Positions 9,780-17,377 of a stretch of DNA of 19,360 bases are shown piece after piece. The notes beneath the pieces are model-generated. The model was not told where the DNA came from and searched no databases. It saw only the letters and a list, made by a program, of their open reading frames with translations. The number at the start of each line of letters is the position of its first letter. Position 1 is the stretch's first letter. A program made the translations under genes and the position numbers. The stretch is from a bacterium (GTDB lineage: Bacteria; Sysuimicrobiota; Sysuimicrobiia; Sysuimicrobiales; Humicultoraceae): NCBI GenBank assembly GCA_041497675.1, contig JBGQGY010000073.1, positions 1-19,360 of the forward strand. Reading direction: 5' to 3'.

Positions 9780-9838
9780 CCCTCAACTAAAACGAACTCT
9801 TCAGTGCGACGCGAATCTGCTTCCCCGAGACGGCGAAG

Positions 9839-11371
9839 ATGCGGCGGACTCGACGGGAACTCCTCAGGGATCTCGGTGCGGTGCTTGCGGGCGCGATACT
9901 GTCGTCGGCGGGTCGGGCGTGGGTCCGTCCGGCCACGGCGTTCGCGCAGGGTGCGCCCGCCGGATGGTCCCGCTACCTCCAGCCCCAGTTGGGAATCGTT
10001 CTTGCACATCCCCCCGGCTGGGCCGTGCGCGCGCTCGAAAGCGGGCAGACCGGTGCGAGCCGGGGGCCCGACGGGCTCACGGGGCCCCGCGCGTATGGTC
10101 AGCTGTACACGGTCAAAGAGGGCACCGGCTCCACGGCCCTGCTCAACGCGGTCGCCGGCGGGCTGACCATGCTGTACGCTGACTTCAACGTTGTCGAAAG
10201 GGTTCGTCTGTCGACCACGCCCGATCTCAGCGCGCTGCGATATACGCTTCCCTTCGTTGACGGCCTGCGCAAAGGGACGCTGACGATATCCGTCAACAAG
10301 GGAGGCGCCGTCGCGCTCGGCTTCGATGCTCCGGCGGCCGAGTACGCGGCGTCGGTCGACACGTTGACCGCGATCGTCGGCACCTTTCGCTGGTTCGAAT
10401 CGTCGCTCCATCTCACCGAGGCCACCGAGCCCAGTGAGCGCGCCTATTCCGTCATGGTGCCCGGTGGCTGGCGCCCCGACCTCCGCGTGAAGCGACCGCA
10501 TGTCGACGCCGGCTTTGTCGCGAAAGCCTTCGACCCCGCGACCGGCGCCACTGTGGAAATTCATCGGCCGTACACGCCCGCGTTCATCGCCCCCAATTCG
10601 ATGCTCGCCCAGGCTGGCTACCGCGAGGGAACGCAGTACCCGCTTGGAGCGAAGTGGGGCATGGAACCCCTCCTCGTGCACCGGTACCTGGCCGGCAAAG
10701 AGTTTATCGGCTCCTACGTGCTGCCGGCGCTGCAGGGCTCGAGACCCGGCCTCGCCATTACCGGGTTGGGCGACCGTGCCGATCTGGCCTTTGATCCCCA
10801 GATCGCGTTGATAAGAAAGGCCCTGGGGGGCGGTGGGGCCGGCGGCGAGGTCGAGTTTACGTGGACCCGGGCCGATGGCGTCCGGATGCGCGGGCGGGCG
10901 GTTGCCGTCACCCTGTACGGTCCCTCGCCGACCGGTCAGGGTGTCGGCCTGTGGAGCGCGCCGCACGTGATGCTCGCCGAAGCCCCGGAGCCGGGTATCA
11001 ACACAGCGGTGGTCGCCATGCTGACGATCAATGCCTCCTTGAAGATCAATCCGAGATGGTTCGTTGCCGAACTCAAGGGATCGCGCGACCGGTGGCGTAT
11101 CATCCGCGAGACCGAAAAGATCCTCTTCACGAAATATCAGGAAACCGTCCAGCGCCGGCAGGAAGCGTCGCTCGCGGCCGCCGAGCAGTGGGATGCCTAT
11201 ATCAGACACTCGTTCTCCGGCGGTTCGGACTATGGGAACTATGTGCCCTATGGGCGGGACACGATCCTCACACAGGACGGCCGTGTGGTCCCTGTCATAG
11301 AATTGGGCGGCAAGACGGTGACAGAGTGGATGAACGATAATCCCAGCGGCTATCTCAAGAAAGCCTGGTAG
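9839..11371 (+). CDS. Hypothetical Tat-exported protein (510 aa)
   Basis: N-terminus MRRTRRELLRDLGAVLAGAIL...ATAFA-Q fits a twin-arginine signal with AxA cleavage site. Long ORF with G/C-ending codons that fills the gap between trpA and the Nudix gene. No function recognised. Confidence 0.8.
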   Translation: MRRTRRELLRDLGAVLAGAILSSAGRAWVRPATAFAQGAPAGWSRYLQPQLGIVLAHPPGWAVRALESGQTGASRGPDGLTGPRAYGQLYTVKEGTGSTALLNAVAGGLTMLYADFNVVERVRLSTTPDLSALRYTLPFVDGLRKGTLTISVNKGGAVALGFDAPAAEYAASVDTLTAIVGTFRWFESSLHLTEATEPSERAYSVMVPGGWRPDLRVKRPHVDAGFVAKAFDPATGATVEIHRPYTPAFIAPNSMLAQAGYREGTQYPLGAKWGMEPLLVHRYLAGKEFIGSYVLPALQGSRPGLAITGLGDRADLAFDPQIALIRKALGGGGAGGEVEFTWTRADGVRMRGRAVAVTLYGPSPTGQGVGLWSAPHVMLAEAPEPGINTAVVAMLTINASLKINPRWFVAELKGSRDRWRIIRETEKILFTKYQETVQRRQEASLAAAEQWDAYIRHSFSGGSDYGNYVPYGRDTILTQDGRVVPVIELGGKTVTEWMNDNPSGYLKKAW

Positions 11372-11386
11372 GAGCGCGGCGAGATC

Positions 11387-11983
11387 ATGGGCGTGGACGA
11401 AGAGATCCTGGTGGTTCACCGGGCCGATCTGTTTTGGAACGGTCCGTTTGGCGGCGTGTCCACAAACGGTCTCGACGAGTACATCGAGCGGGTGCGCCGT
11501 CACGGATTCTTCACGCGCCGGGGCGACGTCGAAGAGGACCCGTCGCTCAAGCAGATCATCCCGTACTTGGTGGTACGCCGCGCCGGACGGTTCATGCTGT
11601 TCCGCCGGACGCGCGCCGGCGGCGAGGCGCGTCTGCACGAGCTCTACTCGGTGGGCGTGGGCGGGCACATCTCAAAGACCGACGTGGACGGCGCGGGCGA
11701 TGTGGTTGCCGCGGGGCTGCGCCGCGAGCTCGAAGAGGAACTCGTGGTCGGCGGTCCATGGTCGGCGCGGCTGGCGGGCGTGCTCAACGACGATGAGAAT
11801 CCCGTCGGACAGGTGCATTTCGGGCTCGTGCACGTGATCGACGTCGCGTCCGGCGAGGTCATGATTCGCGAGACCGACCGTCTGACGGGCCGGCTCGCGG
11901 ATAGCGGCGACATCCGCGAGGCATATGCCCGGATGGAAACCTGGTCGCAGATGGTCGTCGACGCGGGGATCATCGGCCCATGA
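11387..11983 (+). CDS. YmaB-like (COG4112) Nudix-family phosphoesterase
   Basis: EEDPSLKQIIPY, GGEARLH..YSVGVGGH, Nudix-box-like GLRRELEEE, ND..NPVGQVHFG, ETWSQ. Confidence 0.82.
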   Translation: MGVDEEILVVHRADLFWNGPFGGVSTNGLDEYIERVRRHGFFTRRGDVEEDPSLKQIIPYLVVRRAGRFMLFRRTRAGGEARLHELYSVGVGGHISKTDVDGAGDVVAAGLRRELEEELVVGGPWSARLAGVLNDDENPVGQVHFGLVHVIDVASGEVMIRETDRLTGRLADSGDIREAYARMETWSQMVVDAGIIGP

Positions 11984-12867
11984 TGGCCGTCGCCCCGCCG
12001 TATCGCCTCGACCGCACGCTGTCCTGCGGTCAATGCTTCCGATGGTCGGTGGTACCGGCGAGCGATCGCGTGGCGGCGCGCGGAGTCGTGGACGGGGCGG
12101 TCGCCGTCGTCACCCAGCATGCGCACGGGCTCTCGGTTGACTGGCAGGGGCCGGAGGGTTCGGTGCCGCGGCTCTTGCGTCACCTCGGTGCCGACGAGCC
12201 GCTGGCCGAGATCGAGGCCGCGCTCGGCGAGGACGCGGTGCTGGGCCGGCTGCTGCCCCGCACGTCAGGGATCGCGTTGATGCGTCAGGATCCCTGGGAA
12301 TGTCTCGTCTCGTACGTCATCTCGGCCTTCAACAACATTCCGAAGATTGTGCAGACCATTGACCGTTTGTCGCGACGTTTTGGCGATCGGATCTCGGCAG
12401 ATGCGTGGGCGTTTCCCGGGCCTGAGCAGTTGGCTGGGGCGAGGCTTGGGGCGCTTCACGCCTGTATCCTCGGCTATCGGGCGCCCTACGTCCGCGACGT
12501 CGCGCGGCTGGTGACGCGGGGTGGTCTCGATCTTGATGCTGTTGCGCGCCTTCCGTATGATGACGCGCGGAAGACGCTGCTCGACCTGCCTGGGGTGGGC
12601 GAGAAAGTCGCCGAGTGCGTCCTACTCTTCGGCCTTGGCCATCGCGAGGCGTTTCCAGTCGATGTGTGGGTCAACCGGGCTGTTGAGCGATGGTACTCCA
12701 AGGGGAGACCCCGCGCGCCTCGGGCGATCCGGGCGTGGGCGCGTGACCGGTTCGGTCCGCTGGCCGGCTACGCGCAACAACACCTCTTTACGGGTGCGCG
12801 GATCCTGGAACGAAAGCGGCTCGGCATCCGCTCTATTGGAACACCGGGCCGGCGCGCGGCCTTGTAG
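11980..12867 (+). CDS. 8-oxoguanine DNA glycosylase/AP lyase, OGG1-type (HhH-GPD superfamily)
   Basis: N-terminal TL.CGQCFRW, LMRQDPWECLVSYVISA.NNIPKI, LGYRA.Y, HhH LPGVGEKVAEC (catalytic Lys), FPVDVW (catalytic Asp), C-terminal AGYAQQ.LF. ATGA overlap with the Nudix gene. Confidence 0.88.
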   Translation: MMAVAPPYRLDRTLSCGQCFRWSVVPASDRVAARGVVDGAVAVVTQHAHGLSVDWQGPEGSVPRLLRHLGADEPLAEIEAALGEDAVLGRLLPRTSGIALMRQDPWECLVSYVISAFNNIPKIVQTIDRLSRRFGDRISADAWAFPGPEQLAGARLGALHACILGYRAPYVRDVARLVTRGGLDLDAVARLPYDDARKTLLDLPGVGEKVAECVLLFGLGHREAFPVDVWVNRAVERWYSKGRPRAPRAIRAWARDRFGPLAGYAQQHLFTGARILERKRLGIRSIGTPGRRAAL

Positions 12868-12882
12868 AATGCAACAGGAGGT
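12865..12882 (+). promoter_or_regulatory. Candidate -10 element TAGAAT (12865-12870) and SD AGGAGGT (12876-12882)
   Basis: TAGAAT overlaps the glycosylase stop codon, and a strong SD lies 7 nt before ATG 12890. No properly spaced -35 is seen, so the promoter call is tentative. Confidence 0.4.
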
Positions 12883-12889
12883 GTGAGAG

Positions 12890-13501
12890 ATGAGGACCTT
12901 TGGCATGGCGAGATGGCTGGCGCTGGCGCTTGTGGCCGTAGCGTGGGGACTGCCGTTGAATGCCGACGCGGCGCCCGCCGCCGCGACGGCTCGTATCGAG
13001 GGGTTCGTCTCCTCAAGCGACGCCACGTCGATCACCGTCGCCCTTCGCAATAACGACCAAGTGCGGGTCACCGCGACACCCGACACGCAGATCATCCTGC
13101 GCACGCCTGCGCAGTTGACCGCCATCAAGCCAAACGACTTCGTGGCCGTGACCTCGAGGCGCGAGCCGGACGGCGCGCTCACCGCGCTGTTGATCAACAT
13201 CCTCCCGCCGGAGTATAAAGGCCGTATGCGCGAGGTTCAGTTCGTCATGGATACCGGCAACATGATGACGAACGCCGTGGTCTTCCAAAACGTCAGGAAG
13301 ATCGAGGGGCGGACGCTCTATCTGCGGATGCCCGATGGGCCGTCCGTGATCAACGTCCCCGCCATGACCGACGTTTTCCGTCTGGCCGTCGTGAAGCTCA
13401 CCGACCTCAAGCCGGGGATGCGGATCGTGGTACGCGGAGCCAGCAATCCCGACGGCAGCCTGGTCGCTGTGGGCATCACGGCCGACGCGCTACCAAAGTA
13501 G
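12890..13501 (+). CDS. Secreted protein with two DUF5666-like beta-barrel repeats
   Basis: Strong SD. Sec-type signal (MRTFGMARWLALALVAVAWG...ADA). Two similar halves ending LTAIKPNDFVAVTSRREPDGALTA and LTDLKPGMRIVVRGASNPDGSLVA. Confidence 0.75.
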   Translation: MRTFGMARWLALALVAVAWGLPLNADAAPAAATARIEGFVSSSDATSITVALRNNDQVRVTATPDTQIILRTPAQLTAIKPNDFVAVTSRREPDGALTALLINILPPEYKGRMREVQFVMDTGNMMTNAVVFQNVRKIEGRTLYLRMPDGPSVINVPAMTDVFRLAVVKLTDLKPGMRIVVRGASNPDGSLVAVGITADALPK

Positions 13502-13505
13502 TCGG

Positions 13506-15218
13506 TTAGGCACGCTCGTAGACGACCCGGCCGCCGGCCATCGTCAGCGAGATCTTGATCGAGGGGATGCGCTCGTCGGGTACCGTCAGGTAATCCTCGC
13601 CGAGCACGACGAGGTCGGCCCACTTGCCGACCTCAAGCGATCCTTTTCGGCCCTCCTCGAACGTCGCGTACGCGCCGTTGATCGTAAACAGACGCAACGC
13701 ATCCTCGCGGCTGATGCCCTCGTCGGGCAGCACTTTGCCGACGAGCGTCTCCCGCGTGACCAGATGATACAGGCCGAGGAGCGGCCGGTCGGTATCGTAG
13801 TGAATTGCGGGACAGTCCGTGCCTCCGGTGACCATCATGCCTTCTCGCAGCCATGACTTGACCGCCAGTCCCCAGTCTTTCACCGTGCGCTCCCACGCGT
13901 CGGCGATCTTGCTCTTCGCGATCCGGACCTGATCCATGACCTGGTGCATACGGAACGAACGGGCCGCGGCAAAGTACGCCAGCAGCGGGTTTGCGGCAAT
14001 GATCAGGTCGAGGGCCTTGGCCCGATGATAGAACTCGGGTTTGATTAGGCCAAACCCGTGCTCCCAGGTGAAGCGCCGCCCGCGCAGTGACCGCTCGCGG
14101 TCGGCCTCTTCGAACGTGCTGAGCACCAGGTCGGTGGCGTCATCGGCGCTCCCGGTGCCGACGTGGACGGCGAGCGTGAACCCCATGCGGTTGCCGGTCA
14201 GTAGCATCGCGCGCAGCTTCTCGGGTGAATAGGCCCACCAGCCGTCGTTTTGGACGACCAGCTTGAGGCCGCCCAAACGCAGCCAAGGACTGCCCATGCC
14301 CTGTTTGGGGCCAAAGTAGCGCTGCAGCGATTCGTTGATGTCGTCAATCTTCATGTAGCGCGCGGGGAGGCCAAGGATCAGATCGGTGCGCACGGTCAGC
14401 TCGCCGCGGCGATCGGCCTCGATGTAGGCATCCATCTCCTCGGGCGTCACACCCATGTCTCGTGTGCCGACCACACCACAGGCATGAAACCGCGCGGCCT
14501 GCGCTTTTATGGCCCTAATGTACGTCTCGGTGTCGAAGTGGAGGAAATCCCACTTCTTCATCGGCAGACCCATCCGTTGCCACAAACGCTTGCGCGCCAT
14601 GTCGCCAGCAGCGGCGATCAGGTGGCCGGTGGGTTCGCCGTCCTCGTCGCGCGCGATGTGTCCTTCGCCCTCATCGGGGGTGCCGCCGGGGTCGGCCGTT
14701 TGACGATCGATCCCGGCCAGACGCAAGGCGACGGAGTTCAGGATAATGTTCTTCCCCGACTGGAATAGGTAGACGGGGTTCTCAGGCGCGACCTCGTCGA
14801 GGTCGTACCGGTTGGGGAAGCGGCCGTCTTTTAGCGCGCCGCGGTACATGCACGACGTGGCGATCCACTCGCCCGGTTTCGCCCGCCGGGTCCGTTCGGC
14901 GATCGCGGCACGGATGTCCGCGATGCTCTGAGCCCACGCCAGGTTGACCTTGGCGCCGACCTCGGGGTGATCGAGCCCGGCCAGCAAGGCGTGGGTGTGG
15001 TTGTCGATCATGCCCGGGATGACGCAGGCACCCTTGAGGTCGATGCGGCGCGTTGCGGCGCCGGCCAGCGGCTTGATCTCCGCGTCGCTGCCGACCGCGG
15101 CGATCGTGTCGCCGGCCACGGCCACCGCCTGGACGATCGAGAAGGTGCAATCGACCGTGAGGATCTTGCCGTTGTAGAGGATGACATCTGGAATGAGACG
15201 GCCGTTGTCGATCTTCAT
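13506..15218 (-). CDS. YtcJ-like metal-dependent amidohydrolase (amidohydrolase_3), 570 aa
   Basis: ATG 15218 (MKIDNG...) overlaps the upstream stop (ATGA), with a GGAGG SD. ILYNGKILTVD, IDLKG..VIPGMIDNHTH, GEPTG.L, EH, GTD.P, EDALRLFTINGAYA..EE..KGSLEVGK.ADLVVL, TMAGGRVVY. Confidence 0.88.
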   Translation of the reverse strand: MKIDNGRLIPDVILYNGKILTVDCTFSIVQAVAVAGDTIAAVGSDAEIKPLAGAATRRIDLKGACVIPGMIDNHTHALLAGLDHPEVGAKVNLAWAQSIADIRAAIAERTRRAKPGEWIATSCMYRGALKDGRFPNRYDLDEVAPENPVYLFQSGKNIILNSVALRLAGIDRQTADPGGTPDEGEGHIARDEDGEPTGHLIAAAGDMARKRLWQRMGLPMKKWDFLHFDTETYIRAIKAQAARFHACGVVGTRDMGVTPEEMDAYIEADRRGELTVRTDLILGLPARYMKIDDINESLQRYFGPKQGMGSPWLRLGGLKLVVQNDGWWAYSPEKLRAMLLTGNRMGFTLAVHVGTGSADDATDLVLSTFEEADRERSLRGRRFTWEHGFGLIKPEFYHRAKALDLIIAANPLLAYFAAARSFRMHQVMDQVRIAKSKIADAWERTVKDWGLAVKSWLREGMMVTGGTDCPAIHYDTDRPLLGLYHLVTRETLVGKVLPDEGISREDALRLFTINGAYATFEEGRKGSLEVGKWADLVVLGEDYLTVPDERIPSIKISLTMAGGRVVYERA

Positions 15219-16378
15219 CGAGTGAAATCCTCCCGTGTCTGCTTCATGACGTCGAGATCGAGCAGCAGATCGACCGCCGTGCGCGCCATGGTTTCCGCGG
15301 CAGTGAGCATCGCCTTCAGCCCCTGGTCCCTGGCTGCGCACGTCGCGGCTTCTCGCGTGTGGAAGGCGACCTGTTCGGGCCAGGTGGCCACGGAAAAGAG
15401 CAAGGAGGGCACAGCCTGGCTCACGTTGCCAAAGTCGGTCGAGGCCATGGCGCGCCACGACCCCACGGATTCGCCGAGCGCCCGGAGGTTGTCACCGACG
15501 AGGGTGCCGAGGGTCCGGTTGTACCGCACCGGGTCCAGCAGACCGGTCTCCCGGACCTCGAGTTGGGTCCCTGAGGCCATGGCGCCGGCGCGGGCACAGT
15601 CGACGACGCGCGCACAGACACGGTCGAGTTCGGCCGGATCGGCCGACCGGACGCCGAGCTTGCACACCGCGCGCTCCGGGATCACGTTGACAGCCTGACC
15701 GCCGTCGCTCACGATGCCGTGGATGCGCACACCATCAGGAGTGAACTGCCGCAGGGCGTTGAGATTCATGTACGTGAGGAGCACGCCGTCCAGGGCGCTG
15801 GCGCCGCGCCATGGGTCGGCGGCCGCGTGCGCGGGCCGGCCGCGGAATTCGAACTCATACATCCGCACACCCATACATTGTTCCATCAAGGTTGTTGCGG
15901 AGAACGGATGGAAGGTCAGGGCGGCATCGAGTCCCGCAAACGCTCCAGCCGCGAGCATCATCGGTTTGCCGGTGCCGAGTTCCTCCGCCGGGCAGCCATA
16001 GACCTTGATCGTTCCAGGTAAGCGATCCATCAGGTCCGCCAAAAACACTCCGGCGCCCACCGCTGAGCCGCAAATGAGATTGTGCCCGCACCCGTGATCG
16101 ACGCCCGGCAGCGCATCATATTCGGCCAAGAAACCGATCGTCGGACCGGGACCGCGCCCCACCCGGGTCGCCACGAAAGCGGTGTCGATGCCGGGCACGA
16201 TCTCGAAGGTGAACCCGTGCCGCTCCAGCATCTCGCGGCACCAGGCCACCGCGCGCCGTTCCTGGTGGCCCAGTTCGGGGTGGGAGTGGATCCGAAGGCT
16301 CATCTCGACGATGTCCTTCCCAAAATCCCGCGCCGACGCGCGGAGCTGCTCTTTCACGACTGTCGCCTGCGCGGTCAT
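15215..16378 (-). CDS. M20 family amidohydrolase (PM20D2/AbgB-like), 387 aa
   Basis: ATG 16378 overlaps the upstream stop (ATGA), with a GGAGG SD. HPELG.QE, AEYDALPG..HGCGHNLI, GCPAEE, G..AHAA..PW.G.SALD, GG.A.NVIP, STDFGNVS, FHT. Confidence 0.9.
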   Translation of the reverse strand: MTAQATVVKEQLRASARDFGKDIVEMSLRIHSHPELGHQERRAVAWCREMLERHGFTFEIVPGIDTAFVATRVGRGPGPTIGFLAEYDALPGVDHGCGHNLICGSAVGAGVFLADLMDRLPGTIKVYGCPAEELGTGKPMMLAAGAFAGLDAALTFHPFSATTLMEQCMGVRMYEFEFRGRPAHAAADPWRGASALDGVLLTYMNLNALRQFTPDGVRIHGIVSDGGQAVNVIPERAVCKLGVRSADPAELDRVCARVVDCARAGAMASGTQLEVRETGLLDPVRYNRTLGTLVGDNLRALGESVGSWRAMASTDFGNVSQAVPSLLFSVATWPEQVAFHTREAATCAARDQGLKAMLTAAETMARTAVDLLLDLDVMKQTREDFTR

Positions 16379-17310
16379 CCGATCTGGTCCTCCATGCATG
16401 ATCGCAGCCGCGCCTCGAGCGCCGCCCGATCCGAGTCGGTCAAGTCCTTGCCGATGAACACCATCTCGTTGAGCCCGGCTTCATCCGGACGCCACGGTTC
16501 TCCGGCGGACACCGTCCACCGCTCACCGACGAGGTGAAAGACAAAGCGGACCGGCGCCCCGGCGACCGAGAGAATGCCCTTGGCCCTGAAGACGGTTGTG
16601 GGCAGGGTGTCGAGCAGATGGGAAAACTTCTCGAGATCGATCGTGCCGGGAGTCCGCAACGAGATCGCCCGGAACACGTCTGCATGGTGGTGGGCGGTTC
16701 GCGCGAAGCCGGCATGCGACACGTGGAGTCCCAGGATGAGATCCAGGTCGACGTCACCGTGGCGCCCGCGGAGGATCCGGGCGTTCGGGTTCAGGCGTCG
16801 CAGTCCGCTATCGATCTGGTCGATCGCGTGGTCGGGGACCAGATCGGTTTTGTTGATCAGCAGGATGTCGCCGTTCACGATCTGCGCGTACGCCTGTTCG
16901 GCTTGATCCAGGTTGCGGTCGAAGTTCGCCGCGTCGACCAGGGTGATGATCGCGTCCAGCCGAATATCCTGCTGCACCCGCGGGTCGAGCAGTTGGGCGG
17001 CAATCGGCTCTGGGTCGGCAACGCCGGTCGTCTCGATCACGATGTGCTCGGGTGGGGCGGCGCGATCCAGCAGCGTCGCCACTGAGGACAGGAGATCGTC
17101 TCTGAAGGCACAACAGATGCAGCCATTCGTGAGTTCGAGGATGTCCGTATCCTGTCGCGCAATCAACCGGGTATCGATGTTGATCTCACCGAACTCGTTG
17201 ACGAGCACGCCGAACCGGATGCCGTGACCGCCGCCCAGGATGTGGTTGAGGAGCGTGGTCTTGCCGCTTCCCAGGAACCCCGTCAACAGGGTGACAGGCG
17301 TTGGGGTCAT
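16375..17310 (-). CDS. COG0523 (CobW/P47K) G3E metallochaperone GTPase, 311 aa
   Basis: MTPTPVTLLTGFLGSGKTT (Walker A), VNEFGE, NGCICC metal motif, IETTGVADP (Walker B), INKTD, short His-rich linker (HVSH...HHH), FRAKG of the CobW_C domain. Confidence 0.93.
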   Translation of the reverse strand: MTPTPVTLLTGFLGSGKTTLLNHILGGGHGIRFGVLVNEFGEINIDTRLIARQDTDILELTNGCICCAFRDDLLSSVATLLDRAAPPEHIVIETTGVADPEPIAAQLLDPRVQQDIRLDAIITLVDAANFDRNLDQAEQAYAQIVNGDILLINKTDLVPDHAIDQIDSGLRRLNPNARILRGRHGDVDLDLILGLHVSHAGFARTAHHHADVFRAISLRTPGTIDLEKFSHLLDTLPTTVFRAKGILSVAGAPVRFVFHLVGERWTVSAGEPWRPDEAGLNEMVFIGKDLTDSDRAALEARLRSCMEDQIG

Positions 17311-17314
17311 AGTG

Positions 17315-17376
17315 GCGTTGAGGTACGACGGTGAGCGGGCGTGGTCCTTCGCTGACTCCACGCGTTGAGGTAGACG
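17315..17376. repeat. Direct repeat GCGTTGAGGTA(C)GACG x2 in the divergent intergenic region
   Basis: Exact 11-mer at 17315-17325 and 17362-17372, followed by CGACG and GACG respectively. Confidence 0.7.
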
Positions 17377-17377
17377 A

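Noticed and set aside
9482..11668. 728-aa minus-strand ORF
   Set aside because: It lies antisense to trpA, the Tat-protein gene and the Nudix gene, has no recognisable motif and has an Arg/Gly/His-rich composition, typical of a shadow ORF in high-GC DNA.
15219..15458. Longer start for the YtcJ-like gene (650 aa)
   Set aside because: It overlaps the M20 gene by about 240 bp; ATG 15218 has an SD and an ATGA coupling.
16375..17310. Calling the COG0523 gene cobW (cobalamin biosynthesis) or a Zur-regulated zinc chaperone
   Set aside because: No cob genes, B12 riboswitch or AT-rich Zur-like palindrome are visible; the subfamily cannot be assigned without a phylogeny.
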